DNA from: Gemmatimonadota bacterium | Lineage (GTDB): Bacteria; Gemmatimonadota; Gemmatimonadetes; Gemmatimonadales; GWC2-71-9 | Length of the DNA: 64,000 bases | Reading direction: 5' to 3' | Assembly (NCBI GenBank): GCA_022563595.1 | Contig: JADFNB010000015.1 | Coordinates: 10,105-74,104 of the forward strand | In this document: positions 19,337 to 28,283 of the stretch, piece by piece | Layout: every line of letters starts with the position of its first letter | Numbering within the stretch: position 1 is the first letter of the stretch | The notes under the pieces: model-generated | Databases searched by the model: none | Told to the model about the DNA's origin: nothing | The model's input: the letters and a program-made list of their open reading frames with translations, nothing else | Program-made: the position numbers and the translations under genes

Positions 19337-20193
19337 TCAGGCGATCGCTCTTCCTCGCGGCCGGCGTGGCGGTTGTCGCTGCCCAGATGGCATCGGCCCA
19401 GTCATACCGGACCCTGGTCGAGTCGCGCAACGTCACCGACGAGACCACCCTGCGAGTGAACATCGAGTTCGTGATCGGCGAGTTCCTGCTCGGGCCTGCC
19501 CGCAACGACGTGCTCTACCGCATGGTATTGGTCTACGACGAGGACCGCTTCGAGCCCGACGTCTCGTTCCACGACGGCCGCGATCGACTCGACATCGGCT
19601 TCTCGTGGGCGCACGGCACCGGCGTGCACGACACCGACAAGCTCCACCAGCGGTTGGATCTGGCGCTCTCGCCCGACGTGCCGCTGGATCTCCAGATCAC
19701 CTTTGGCGCCGCTGCGGGAGACATCGAACTCGGCGGCCTCTCCCTGACGGAGGCGGTGATCAAGACCGGCGCCAGCCAATCGACGATCCGATTCAGCGAG
19801 CCCAACCGCATAACCTGTGAGCGGCTCGTGTTCCAGGTGGGGGCGGCCCAGTTCGAGGCTCTACAGCTCGGGAACTCCCGTTGCCGCTCAATCGAGTTGA
19901 ACGGTGCCGTGGGCAAGATGCTGCTCGATTTCACGGGTGAATGGAGCGACGCAGTCACCACACATGCGCAAATCAAGATGGGACTCGGCAAGCTACTGCT
20001 CCGGCTACCCGAGAGCCTGGGCGTCCGTCTCGACGTCGACCGGTTCCTGGTCGGCCTGGACCGTTCGGGTTTCCTCAAGCGGGGCGGGGGCGGTGCTTAC
20101 TACTCGACGAGCTACGACACCGCCGAGCACAGGCTCACCATAGAGATCCAAGCGGCCCTGGGTACCATCGAGATCGACTGGGTGCGCGGCTAG
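19333..20193 (+). CDS. Exported beta-solenoid protein (toast-rack / LiaF-LiaG-like)
   Basis: Signal peptide ending ASA-Q; repeated 'xIxxGxGxxxLx' strands (ITFGAAAGDIEL, IKTGASQSTI, LNGAVGKMLL, IKMGLGKLLL, IQAALGTIEI). Confidence 0.7.
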   Translation: MIRRSLFLAAGVAVVAAQMASAQSYRTLVESRNVTDETTLRVNIEFVIGEFLLGPARNDVLYRMVLVYDEDRFEPDVSFHDGRDRLDIGFSWAHGTGVHDTDKLHQRLDLALSPDVPLDLQITFGAAAGDIELGGLSLTEAVIKTGASQSTIRFSEPNRITCERLVFQVGAAQFEALQLGNSRCRSIELNGAVGKMLLDFTGEWSDAVTTHAQIKMGLGKLLLRLPESLGVRLDVDRFLVGLDRSGFLKRGGGGAYYSTSYDTAEHRLTIEIQAALGTIEIDWVRG

Positions 20194-20220
20194 CCGCTGA
20201 CACACGATCCGTGACGCAAC

Positions 20221-20256
20221 CCGACGCCCCGCCGAAGAGTGGGGCGTCGGCGTTTG
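20221..20256 (+). terminator. Putative intrinsic terminator of the ECF operon
   Basis: CCGACGCCCCGC-CGAAGA-GTGGGGCGTCGG, a 12-bp stem followed by a weak T-containing tail. Confidence 0.55.
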
Positions 20257-20326
20257 GGTATCTTCTTCCAGTGACCCGTCACCTCACCACGCGGCCGGCA
20301 AGGATTCCTGTGATGAGCAGGATACC

Positions 20327-20866
20327 ATGATCTCGATTGCGCGCCCGGAACCCTCCGAGTACGCGCCGTACTTCGGCCAGTACATCGCGCAGGTGGGGGA
20401 AGGGGATGTTCTCCAGATCCTCGAACGCCAGATCGAGGAGACGGTGGCACTGCTCGGGAATCTCCCGCCGGAGATGGCGACCCATCGCTACGCACCCGGC
20501 AAGTGGAGCGTCAACCAGGTCGTAGGCCACCTGAGTGACACCGAGCGGGTGTTCGCTCACCGGGCACTGCGGTTCAGCCGGGGCGACCGGCAACCTCTGC
20601 CGGGGTTCGAGCAGGACGATTACGTGGACGGCGCGAACTTCGACGACCGGTCCCTGGCCGATGTGACAGAAGAGTTCCGCTGCGTCCGTGGTGCCTCTAT
20701 GGCGCTGTTCCGCTCGATGAACGAGGCCATGCTGCGACGGCGGGGCATCGCGAGTGGCGTAGAGTTCACCGTTCGCGCGATACCCTACATCCTGGCCGGG
20801 CACGAGCGGCATCACCTGACCGTCCTCCGGGAGCGCTACCTCGGCGGGCACCCAGAGGCACCGTAA
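20327..20866 (+). CDS. DinB family protein
   Basis: YAPGKWS...VGHLSDTER...FEQD...GHERHH (His triad). Confidence 0.92.
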   Translation: MISIARPEPSEYAPYFGQYIAQVGEGDVLQILERQIEETVALLGNLPPEMATHRYAPGKWSVNQVVGHLSDTERVFAHRALRFSRGDRQPLPGFEQDDYVDGANFDDRSLADVTEEFRCVRGASMALFRSMNEAMLRRRGIASGVEFTVRAIPYILAGHERHHLTVLRERYLGGHPEAP

Positions 20867-20923
20867 ACTGTTCACCGTAGGCTACCCATACGACAGATTC
20901 ACAGACACATCCGGAGCAACAGC

Positions 20924-21331
20924 ATGTCCGACACAATTGCTTTCGAGGTAAGACTCACGCAACCGTACGAGCAGGCGGTCGAGAAGGTAACGGCTGCGCT
21001 CAAAGAGGAGGGTTTCGGGATCCTCACACGGATCGACGTCGACAAGACGCTGAAGGAGAAGATCGACGTCGATTTCCGTCCCTACGTCATCCTGGGCGCC
21101 TGTAATCCCGCACTCGCCCACCGGGCGCTCACGGCCGACGCCGCGGTCGGCATCATGCTCCCGTGTAACGTGACCGTAGAGGTGAACCCCGACGGCGACG
21201 GCTGCATAGCACGCATCGGGAATCCGGACATGATGCTCGGCGCCGGTGGATTCGATCAGAACCCGGCACTGCGGGAGGTCGCCGCCGAAGCGCGGGTACG
21301 GTTGGAGCGGGTTGCTGCCGCACTTGGTTAG
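20924..21331 (+). CDS. DUF302 domain protein
   Basis: LKEEGFGILTRID, ILGACNP and GIMLPCNV. Confidence 0.92.
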   Translation: MSDTIAFEVRLTQPYEQAVEKVTAALKEEGFGILTRIDVDKTLKEKIDVDFRPYVILGACNPALAHRALTADAAVGIMLPCNVTVEVNPDGDGCIARIGNPDMMLGAGGFDQNPALREVAAEARVRLERVAAALG

Positions 21332-21332
21332 T

Positions 21333-22490
21333 GTGAGGCTCTGCCTGCGGGCCGCCGCGCTGTCCGTCGCCCTCGTTGTCGTGACGGGCTGCGCCGGTGG
21401 GTACCGCCCCGGCACGATGGTCCCGCCTGTCTCCGCCGACGCCATCGAGCACTCTCTATTCTTGATCGGCGACGCCGGTGATCCGCGGAGCCCGGCGGAA
21501 CCCGTGCTGATGGGGCTCGAGGCACTGGCCTCGGAGCGGGCCAGCCGGAGCACCATCGTCTTCCTCGGCGACAACGTCTACGACCAAGGCATGCCTCCCT
21601 CGGACGCCCCGGACCGGCTCGAAGCCGAGCGGCGGATGACGATGCAGATGAACGCGGTGCCCCCGGGAACCCGGGCCTACTTCGTCATGGGGAACCACGA
21701 CTGGCTCCGCGGGCGTGAGGGCGGCTGGGAGGCCGTGAAACGGCAGGCGGCGTTCGTGGGACGAGCCGGCCGACCCGACATCCGGGTGTCTCCACCTGCG
21801 GGGTGTCCGGGACCAGTGGTCCGGGACCTCAGCCCCAGGCTCCGCCTCGTCCTGCTCGACACCCAGTGGTGGCTGACTTCCGGGGACAAGCCCGAAGACC
21901 CGACATCGGCCTGCGATACCGATTCGCGGGCCGAGGTCACGGCCGCGCTGCGCAGCGCCGTACGCGTGGATGAGGCTCGCCACGTTGTCGTCGTGGGCCA
22001 TCATCCGTTGAGGAGCGGCGGGGTCCACGGCGGCCGCTTCGACTGGCAGGATCACATCTTCCCGCTCACCGCGTTCAAGTCGTGGTTGTGGCTACCTTTG
22101 CCGGTCATAGGGTCGCTGTATCCCATAGTTCGCGGGTCCGGTGTCTCAGCACAGGATGTTCCTTCCGGCGCCTACCGCGAAATGCGAGATTCACTCGCCG
22201 CCGCCTTCGCAGTCTCCCCGCCGCTTGCGTACGCGGCAGGGCACGAACATAATCTCCAGGTCCTGGACGGCGGGAGCGCCCGGTATCTCTTGGTTACGGG
22301 AGCAGGTCGGTTCTACCACACCAGCAAGGTGTTCCGCCTCGAGGAGACGCGCTACGCGCGGCGGGCGGGCGGATTCATGCGCCTCGACGTCCTCACGGAC
22401 GGTCGTGTCCGGCTCGCCGTGGTCGTGGTTGACGGCGAGGGGCGGCCGACGGAAGACTACTCTCTGTGGCTCGTCCCTGAAGGAGGGTAG
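21333..22490 (+). CDS. Calcineurin-like metallophosphoesterase, predicted lipoprotein
   Basis: GTG 21333 gives a signal peptide with lipobox VTG-C. Motifs GDAG, GDNVY, GNHDW, GHHP and AGHEH. Confidence 0.88.
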   Translation: MRLCLRAAALSVALVVVTGCAGGYRPGTMVPPVSADAIEHSLFLIGDAGDPRSPAEPVLMGLEALASERASRSTIVFLGDNVYDQGMPPSDAPDRLEAERRMTMQMNAVPPGTRAYFVMGNHDWLRGREGGWEAVKRQAAFVGRAGRPDIRVSPPAGCPGPVVRDLSPRLRLVLLDTQWWLTSGDKPEDPTSACDTDSRAEVTAALRSAVRVDEARHVVVVGHHPLRSGGVHGGRFDWQDHIFPLTAFKSWLWLPLPVIGSLYPIVRGSGVSAQDVPSGAYREMRDSLAAAFAVSPPLAYAAGHEHNLQVLDGGSARYLLVTGAGRFYHTSKVFRLEETRYARRAGGFMRLDVLTDGRVRLAVVVVDGEGRPTEDYSLWLVPEGG

Positions 22491-22494
22491 CGCA

Positions 22495-25077
22495 ATGCTC
22501 GGGCTGCGTACTATAGGCCTGCTGCTTCTAGTCGCGCTCAGCGCGGCCGGCCCAGTACACGGTCAGGACCCGGCCCGGACGGCCCGCGTCACCGCCGGCG
22601 AGCACTACGATGCCGGCGGCTTTCATCGGTTCCTGTTCGGGAGTGACTACCGCCACCTGTGGCGCGCGCCGCTCGAGGTCCCGTGGCTCGACCTCGGTTC
22701 CTTTGCGGGCGGATTGACGCCGACCACGGCGGGCGGCGGATTCCAGACCAAGTCGCTGCGGTTCCGCGGAGCGAACGGACGTCTCTACGGCTTTCGCTCC
22801 GTCGACAAGGATCCCGCGGTCCTGCCGCCGGAACTCGCCGGGACGTTCATCGATGACATAGTCAGCGACCAGACCAGCGCCGCGCATCCCGCCGGCCCGG
22901 CCCTGGCGGCGCCGCTGCTCGAAGCGGCCGGCGTGCTCCACACCACGCCCCGGTTGGTTGTCCTACCTGACGATCCCGGATTGGGCCAGTTCCGCGAGCG
23001 GTTCGCCGGCACGCTCGGGTACTTCGAGGAACGCGCCCTGGTAGAGCCCGGCGCACAAACCTTCGCCGGCGCCGACGAGATCCTCGGCAGCGACGACCTC
23101 TACCCAATGATACGAGAGAGCCCCGCGCATCGGGTCGACGTCCGGAGGTTTCTCGCAGCGCGCCTGATCGACCTGCTCATCGGCGACTGGGACCGGCACC
23201 GGGGCCAATGGCAATGGGCGCGGTTCGGCACCGCGCCCGTCACCTACTGGGTGCCGATTCCGGAAGATCGGGACCAGGCTTTCGTGAGGTTCGACGGGCT
23301 CATGGTGTCGCTGGGGCGGGTAGCGGCTCCGCAGCTGCAGGTCTTCGGGGACGACTACAAGAGCATGGTCGGGCTCACCTGGAACGGCCGCGAGAGCGAT
23401 CGCCGGTTCCTGATAGAGCTGGAGAAACCGGTGTGGGATTCGGTAGCCGCCGCGGTCACGCGGCGTATCACCAACGACGTGATCGACCGAGCGGTGCGGG
23501 GCATGCCGACCGAGTACCAGGCGATCGACGGGGAGCGGATGCGCCGCGCCCTCCGGAACCGGCGGGACAGGCTGCCGCAGGCGGCCAATCGGTTCTACAG
23601 GCTGCTCATGCGGGAGGTGGACATCGAGGCCACCGACGCCGCCGAGATCGTGACGGTCGACCGGCGCGCGGACGGCAAGGTCGAGGTTAGCATAGTCGAG
23701 CGACGTGCCGGCGCATCACCGTACTTCAACCGCACCTTCCGCCCCGGTGAGACCGGCGAGCTGCGTTTCCACCTGTATGGCGGCGACGACCGCGTGGTCG
23801 TGCGCGGTCCCGGAAAAGGAATCATGCTGCGGGTGATCGGGGGAGGCACCGACGAGCTGGTGGATTCGTCCCTGGCCGGCCGGCGCTCGCGTCGCCATCA
23901 GGTGCGCCTGTACGCCACCGCGGCCGACCGCGCGATGGGACCGACACCGGTTCGGGTCGACCGCCGCCATTACTCTCCTCCGCCGAAGCGGTTCGACACG
24001 GAGCTGCCGCCGCGAGATTGGGGACACCGCTCGCTACCGATGCTGTGGGCCTCCTTCGGACCTGACGTAGGGGTCTTTCTAGGCGGCGGCGTGTTTTTCA
24101 CGCAGTACGGCTTCCGCAAGCTCCCCTATGCCTATAGGCTGCGCTTGCGCGCGGGCTGGGCTACCGGGGCCAACACCTTCCGCGTGGATTTCAAGGGAAC
24201 GTTTCACACTGTCAACTCATCGGTTCGGGGCGACGTACATGCCAGGGCGTCCGGCATCGAGGTGCTGCTCTACCACGGGCTCGGCAACGAGACCGTCCGT
24301 GACCGGGCTGATGAGTTCTTCCGCATCAATCAGGAGCAATACACCGTCGAGCCCCGCCTCGTGGTACCGTTCTCCCACCGGGTCGAAGTGAGTTTCGGAC
24401 CGAGCGCCACACTCAGCCGCACGGATTTCCAGGCCGGCCGTATCATCGCGGCATTACGGCCCTACGGGAGCGGCGGCGAGGGGCCGACATCGACAACCGG
24501 CACCTTCGCGCAGTTGGGATTCAAGATGGATTTCGCGCTCGACGCGCGGGATGTGCCTGCCAATGCCAGTCGCGGCGTTTACCTGCGCGTCGGTGGCTCT
24601 GTGTTCCCGAAGATCTGGGACGTCGAGACCACGTTCGGCGAGGCTCACGGCGAGGTCGCGACCTATCTCAGCGCCGGAGACGCCACGTTCCGTCCCACCT
24701 TGGCCTTGCGGGCGGGTGGGAAGCGCCTGTGGGGAACCTTTCCCTTCCAGGAAGCCGCTTTCATAGGGGATGCCCGAACCATACGCCTGGGACGCCAGAA
24801 CCGATACGCGGGCGACGCGGCGGTGTACGGCAACGCCGAGCTTCGGCTACGCCTGAGCCGAATCTTCCTCTTCCTGCCGGGACACATCGGGATCTTCGGG
24901 ATCGCCGACGCCGGCAGGGTCTTTCTCGAGGGAGAGTCATCCGACACGTGGCACACGGCGTTCGGCGGCGGGATCTGGATGTCCTTCGTGCAACCCGGCA
25001 ACACACTGAGCGCCGCCGTCACACGCAGTGACGACGAACGAACCGCCGTTTACTTGAGCGCCGGATTTGCGTACTGA
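22495..25077 (+). CDS. Omp85/BamA-TamA family outer-membrane protein with N-terminal atypical kinase-like domain
   Basis: AGGAGG RBS and Sec signal (VHG-Q). Kinase-like motifs GGGFQT, FRSVDK, IGDWDRH and PEDRDQAF. C-terminal amphipathic strands with NRYAGD..YGNAELR, FGIADAGRV and terminal YLSAGFAY. Confidence 0.8.
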   Translation: MLGLRTIGLLLLVALSAAGPVHGQDPARTARVTAGEHYDAGGFHRFLFGSDYRHLWRAPLEVPWLDLGSFAGGLTPTTAGGGFQTKSLRFRGANGRLYGFRSVDKDPAVLPPELAGTFIDDIVSDQTSAAHPAGPALAAPLLEAAGVLHTTPRLVVLPDDPGLGQFRERFAGTLGYFEERALVEPGAQTFAGADEILGSDDLYPMIRESPAHRVDVRRFLAARLIDLLIGDWDRHRGQWQWARFGTAPVTYWVPIPEDRDQAFVRFDGLMVSLGRVAAPQLQVFGDDYKSMVGLTWNGRESDRRFLIELEKPVWDSVAAAVTRRITNDVIDRAVRGMPTEYQAIDGERMRRALRNRRDRLPQAANRFYRLLMREVDIEATDAAEIVTVDRRADGKVEVSIVERRAGASPYFNRTFRPGETGELRFHLYGGDDRVVVRGPGKGIMLRVIGGGTDELVDSSLAGRRSRRHQVRLYATAADRAMGPTPVRVDRRHYSPPPKRFDTELPPRDWGHRSLPMLWASFGPDVGVFLGGGVFFTQYGFRKLPYAYRLRLRAGWATGANTFRVDFKGTFHTVNSSVRGDVHARASGIEVLLYHGLGNETVRDRADEFFRINQEQYTVEPRLVVPFSHRVEVSFGPSATLSRTDFQAGRIIAALRPYGSGGEGPTSTTGTFAQLGFKMDFALDARDVPANASRGVYLRVGGSVFPKIWDVETTFGEAHGEVATYLSAGDATFRPTLALRAGGKRLWGTFPFQEAAFIGDARTIRLGRQNRYAGDAAVYGNAELRLRLSRIFLFLPGHIGIFGIADAGRVFLEGESSDTWHTAFGGGIWMSFVQPGNTLSAAVTRSDDERTAVYLSAGFAY

Positions 25078-25138
25078 GGGCCGCGGATGATCTTTTTCTC
25101 GAAGAGTGCCGACGATCTCTTGAGCATACCGACGATCG

Positions 25139-26842
25139 ATGCCCACGCAGGATAGCGACGTAGGTCTCGGCACGACTCCCGTGGAAGCCGAAAGGGGTGT
25201 GCGGGCGGAGAAACTCCGACCCGTCACCCCGACGATGGGGCGTAGCAGCATGTGGAGCTGGGGTGTTTTGTCGCTGCCCCCCGATCTCCTGGAACAGTCC
25301 TGCAGGCGGATCGCCATCGCCGCAATGGCTTTCGCCTCGCTGTGGGCGCTCGGGTTCGTCATGAACGAGGGCGTGGCGCGACTGTTCCCGCAGGGCATCC
25401 CTCCGGAAGGGGCCGAGGTCTGGCCGATGCCGGGCGCGCTGATTGCCGGTGTGGGTCTGGTCATGTCGCTCGCGATGGTCTTGATCGCCGCAAGGCTCCA
25501 CACGAAGCCCATTACGCTGCTGAACGTCGGGCTTTTCTACCTGGTCGCCAGCGCCCTGCTCATCGGCATCCTCAACCAGTGGACACCCCGGGTGACGCCG
25601 TTTCGGGTTTCCTGGATCTGTATCCTCGTCCTGGCCTATCCCGCGATCGTACCGAACACGCCTCTGAAGACCTTGGCGGCTACGCTGGCGGCAGCGACGA
25701 TGGACCCAGTTGGGTTCGGGATCGCGCTGGCGCGGGGTGTCCCGGTGGAGGGTACCATCACCCTCTTCTCCCTGCTGTGGACCTTCCTCCCGAACTACGC
25801 GTGCGCTGTCCTGGCGGTGGTACCGGTCCACATTATCCGCGGACTGAGCAAACAAGTGAGCCGGGCGCGTGAGCTGGGCAGCTACAAGCTGGGCGACACG
25901 ATCGGTGCAGGAGGCATGGGAGAGGTCTATCGCGCCGAGCACCGGCTGCTGGCGCGCCCGGCGGCGGTCAAGGTCATCCGTCCCCAGCTCTTGGGGGCGA
26001 GCACCGACGCGGCGGCGCGGGTCGTGCTGGAGCGGTTTCGCCGTGAGGCGGAGGCGGCGGCTCTGCTGCGCTCGCCCCACACGATCGAGCTGTATGATTT
26101 CGGCGTCGCGGATGATGGGACGTTCTATCTGGTCATGGAGTTGCTCGACGGCATAGGGCTCGAGGAACTGGTGGAGCGTTTCGGTCCGATCCCAGCCGAG
26201 CGCGCCGTCCACATCATCTTGCAGGCCTGCGAGTCGCTCGCCGAGGCCCATTCCCGCGGCCTGATGCACCGGGACATCAAACCCTCCAACATCTTCACCA
26301 ACCGTCTCGGGTTGCGCCTCGATTTCGTCAAGGTGCTCGATTTCGGTTTGGTCAAGGCTGAGGCCGGCAGCGGTTACGAGCAGACGAAGCTCACCGCGCC
26401 GGAGGTGACTACCGGGACACCGGCGTTCATGGCCCCCGAGGTAGCCCTTGGCGAGCAGACGGCCGATCACCGGCTGGACGTGTATTCGCTCGGTGCCGTG
26501 CTGTACTGGCTCCTCACCGGCCAGTTGGTGTTCGAGGCGGCCAACCCCATCAAGATGATGCACATGCACATCCAGGAACAGCCAACGCCGCCCTCCCAGC
26601 GGACGGAGCTTCCGATACCTACCGAACTCGACGCAGTCGTCCTGGCGGCCCTGGCCAAGAAACCCGACGACCGCCCTGCCGATGCCGCCGAGCTGGCCCG
26701 GCGACTCCGGCACATCGAGTTCGCCGAGCCGTGGACTGAGGAGCGGGCGCAACGGTGGTGGGACACACACCTCCCCGACTGCATGACCGCTGAAGGTCCA
26801 TGCAACAAGGGCTCGCTCGTCCCCGCCATGGCAGCCGAGTGA
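25139..26842 (+). CDS. Ser/Thr protein kinase with N-terminal multi-TM domain
   Basis: About 6 TM helices, then GAGGMGEV, AAVK, HRDIKPSN, DFG and APE. Confidence 0.93.
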   Translation: MPTQDSDVGLGTTPVEAERGVRAEKLRPVTPTMGRSSMWSWGVLSLPPDLLEQSCRRIAIAAMAFASLWALGFVMNEGVARLFPQGIPPEGAEVWPMPGALIAGVGLVMSLAMVLIAARLHTKPITLLNVGLFYLVASALLIGILNQWTPRVTPFRVSWICILVLAYPAIVPNTPLKTLAATLAAATMDPVGFGIALARGVPVEGTITLFSLLWTFLPNYACAVLAVVPVHIIRGLSKQVSRARELGSYKLGDTIGAGGMGEVYRAEHRLLARPAAVKVIRPQLLGASTDAAARVVLERFRREAEAAALLRSPHTIELYDFGVADDGTFYLVMELLDGIGLEELVERFGPIPAERAVHIILQACESLAEAHSRGLMHRDIKPSNIFTNRLGLRLDFVKVLDFGLVKAEAGSGYEQTKLTAPEVTTGTPAFMAPEVALGEQTADHRLDVYSLGAVLYWLLTGQLVFEAANPIKMMHMHIQEQPTPPSQRTELPIPTELDAVVLAALAKKPDDRPADAAELARRLRHIEFAEPWTEERAQRWWDTHLPDCMTAEGPCNKGSLVPAMAAE

Positions 26843-28281
26843 GTCTCCCGCCCATGACGATCGTTGCTCGCGGGACGCTCACCACGGCCGTTCTGCTGTC
26901 GCTGTTGGGGTCCGGGGCGCCCGTTGAGGCACAGGACACCACCGGGCCACCGACCAGCCTGGACCAGTTCAGCGAGTCGCTTCAAGCACTGTCCGGTCGG
27001 GCGGCACCGGCTGTGGTGCAGATCTTTGCGACGGGGCTCGGCCCGGTAAGCCAGGTCGGCCGCACGAGCGGCGGGGTGGGCCGCCAACGGCGCGGCGGAT
27101 CGGGGTTTCTCCTCTCAGGGGACGGGTACATCCTCACCAACGCGCACGTCGTCGAGGGATCGCGGACAGTGCTCGTGCTCTTGGCGACCCCGGCCGCGTC
27201 GGATGCGCCCGGCCGGTCGATCATCAAGCCTGTGGGCAAGCGCGTTCGCGGGCGCGTCGTCGGGGTCGACCGGGAGACGGACCTGGCGCTGATCAAGGTC
27301 GACGCGACGGGGCTCCCCTTCCTCGAGTTCGGCGATTCCGACGACCTGGCGGCAGGCCAGATCGTGCTCGCGCTCGGCAGCCCGCTCGGGCTCGAGACGT
27401 CGGTGACGCTCGGTGTGGTCAGCGCGGTCGGGCGCCAGCTACAACCTGGCAGCCCCATGGTCTACATCCAGACCGACGCGCCCATCAATCCCGGAAACAG
27501 CGGCGGTCCTCTCGTCGACACACGCGGACGGGTCGTCGGCATCAACACTCTCATTTTCTCGCAGTCGGGCGGCAGCGAGGGCGTCGGTTTCGCAGTGCCG
27601 AGCAACATAGCAGCCACCGTATTCGCGCAACTCCGCGCGCACGGACGCGTGCGCCGCGGCGTTATCGGCGCAAGCGTGCAGACGATCACTCCTAGCATCG
27701 CGACCGGCTTGCGCCTGGTACAGGAGTGGGGCGTGATCGTGAGCGACGTCACCCCGCGGTCGCCGGCCGCCGGGGCCGGCTTGCGCGTGGGTGATATCAT
27801 CGTCTCACTCGACGGCAAGCCGATGGAGAACGGGCGCCAGTTCGATGTCAACGTCTATCGTCGCCCAGCCGGCACCGTCATTGCCCTCGACGTCCGCCGC
27901 GGCATGCAGAGATTGACGCTCCGGATCCCGGTCGTGGAACGCGAGAACGACCCCAGTCGTCTAGTTGACCTCGTCACCCCGGAGCGCAATCTCGTCCGCC
28001 GGCTCGGCGTGCTCGCCGTCGATCTCAGCCCGGAGATCGCAGGCATGATGCCCTGGCTCCGGCAGCGGACCGGCGTCGTCGTGGCCGCACCCGCCGCCGA
28101 CGTAGCGCCGGTCGAGAGCGGCCTCCAGGCCGGGGACCTGATCCGGGAGATCAACGGCTCGCCGGTGACATCGCTCAGCGGATTGATCGCCACCCTCAAC
28201 CGGCTCGCTGTCGGTGACCCGGTCGTCCTCCATGTCGATCGATTCGGCCACCTCATTTACGTCGCCTTCGAGATCGAATAG
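26839..28281 (+). CDS. HtrA/DegP-family serine protease with two PDZ domains
   Basis: Triad motifs TNAHVV, DLALIK and PGNSGGPL; two GL..GD.I...G PDZ motifs; signal peptide; GTGA overlap (alternative start ATG 26854). Confidence 0.94.
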   Translation: MSLPPMTIVARGTLTTAVLLSLLGSGAPVEAQDTTGPPTSLDQFSESLQALSGRAAPAVVQIFATGLGPVSQVGRTSGGVGRQRRGGSGFLLSGDGYILTNAHVVEGSRTVLVLLATPAASDAPGRSIIKPVGKRVRGRVVGVDRETDLALIKVDATGLPFLEFGDSDDLAAGQIVLALGSPLGLETSVTLGVVSAVGRQLQPGSPMVYIQTDAPINPGNSGGPLVDTRGRVVGINTLIFSQSGGSEGVGFAVPSNIAATVFAQLRAHGRVRRGVIGASVQTITPSIATGLRLVQEWGVIVSDVTPRSPAAGAGLRVGDIIVSLDGKPMENGRQFDVNVYRRPAGTVIALDVRRGMQRLTLRIPVVERENDPSRLVDLVTPERNLVRRLGVLAVDLSPEIAGMMPWLRQRTGVVVAAPAADVAPVESGLQAGDLIREINGSPVTSLSGLIATLNRLAVGDPVVLHVDRFGHLIYVAFEIE

Positions 28282-28283
28282 CG

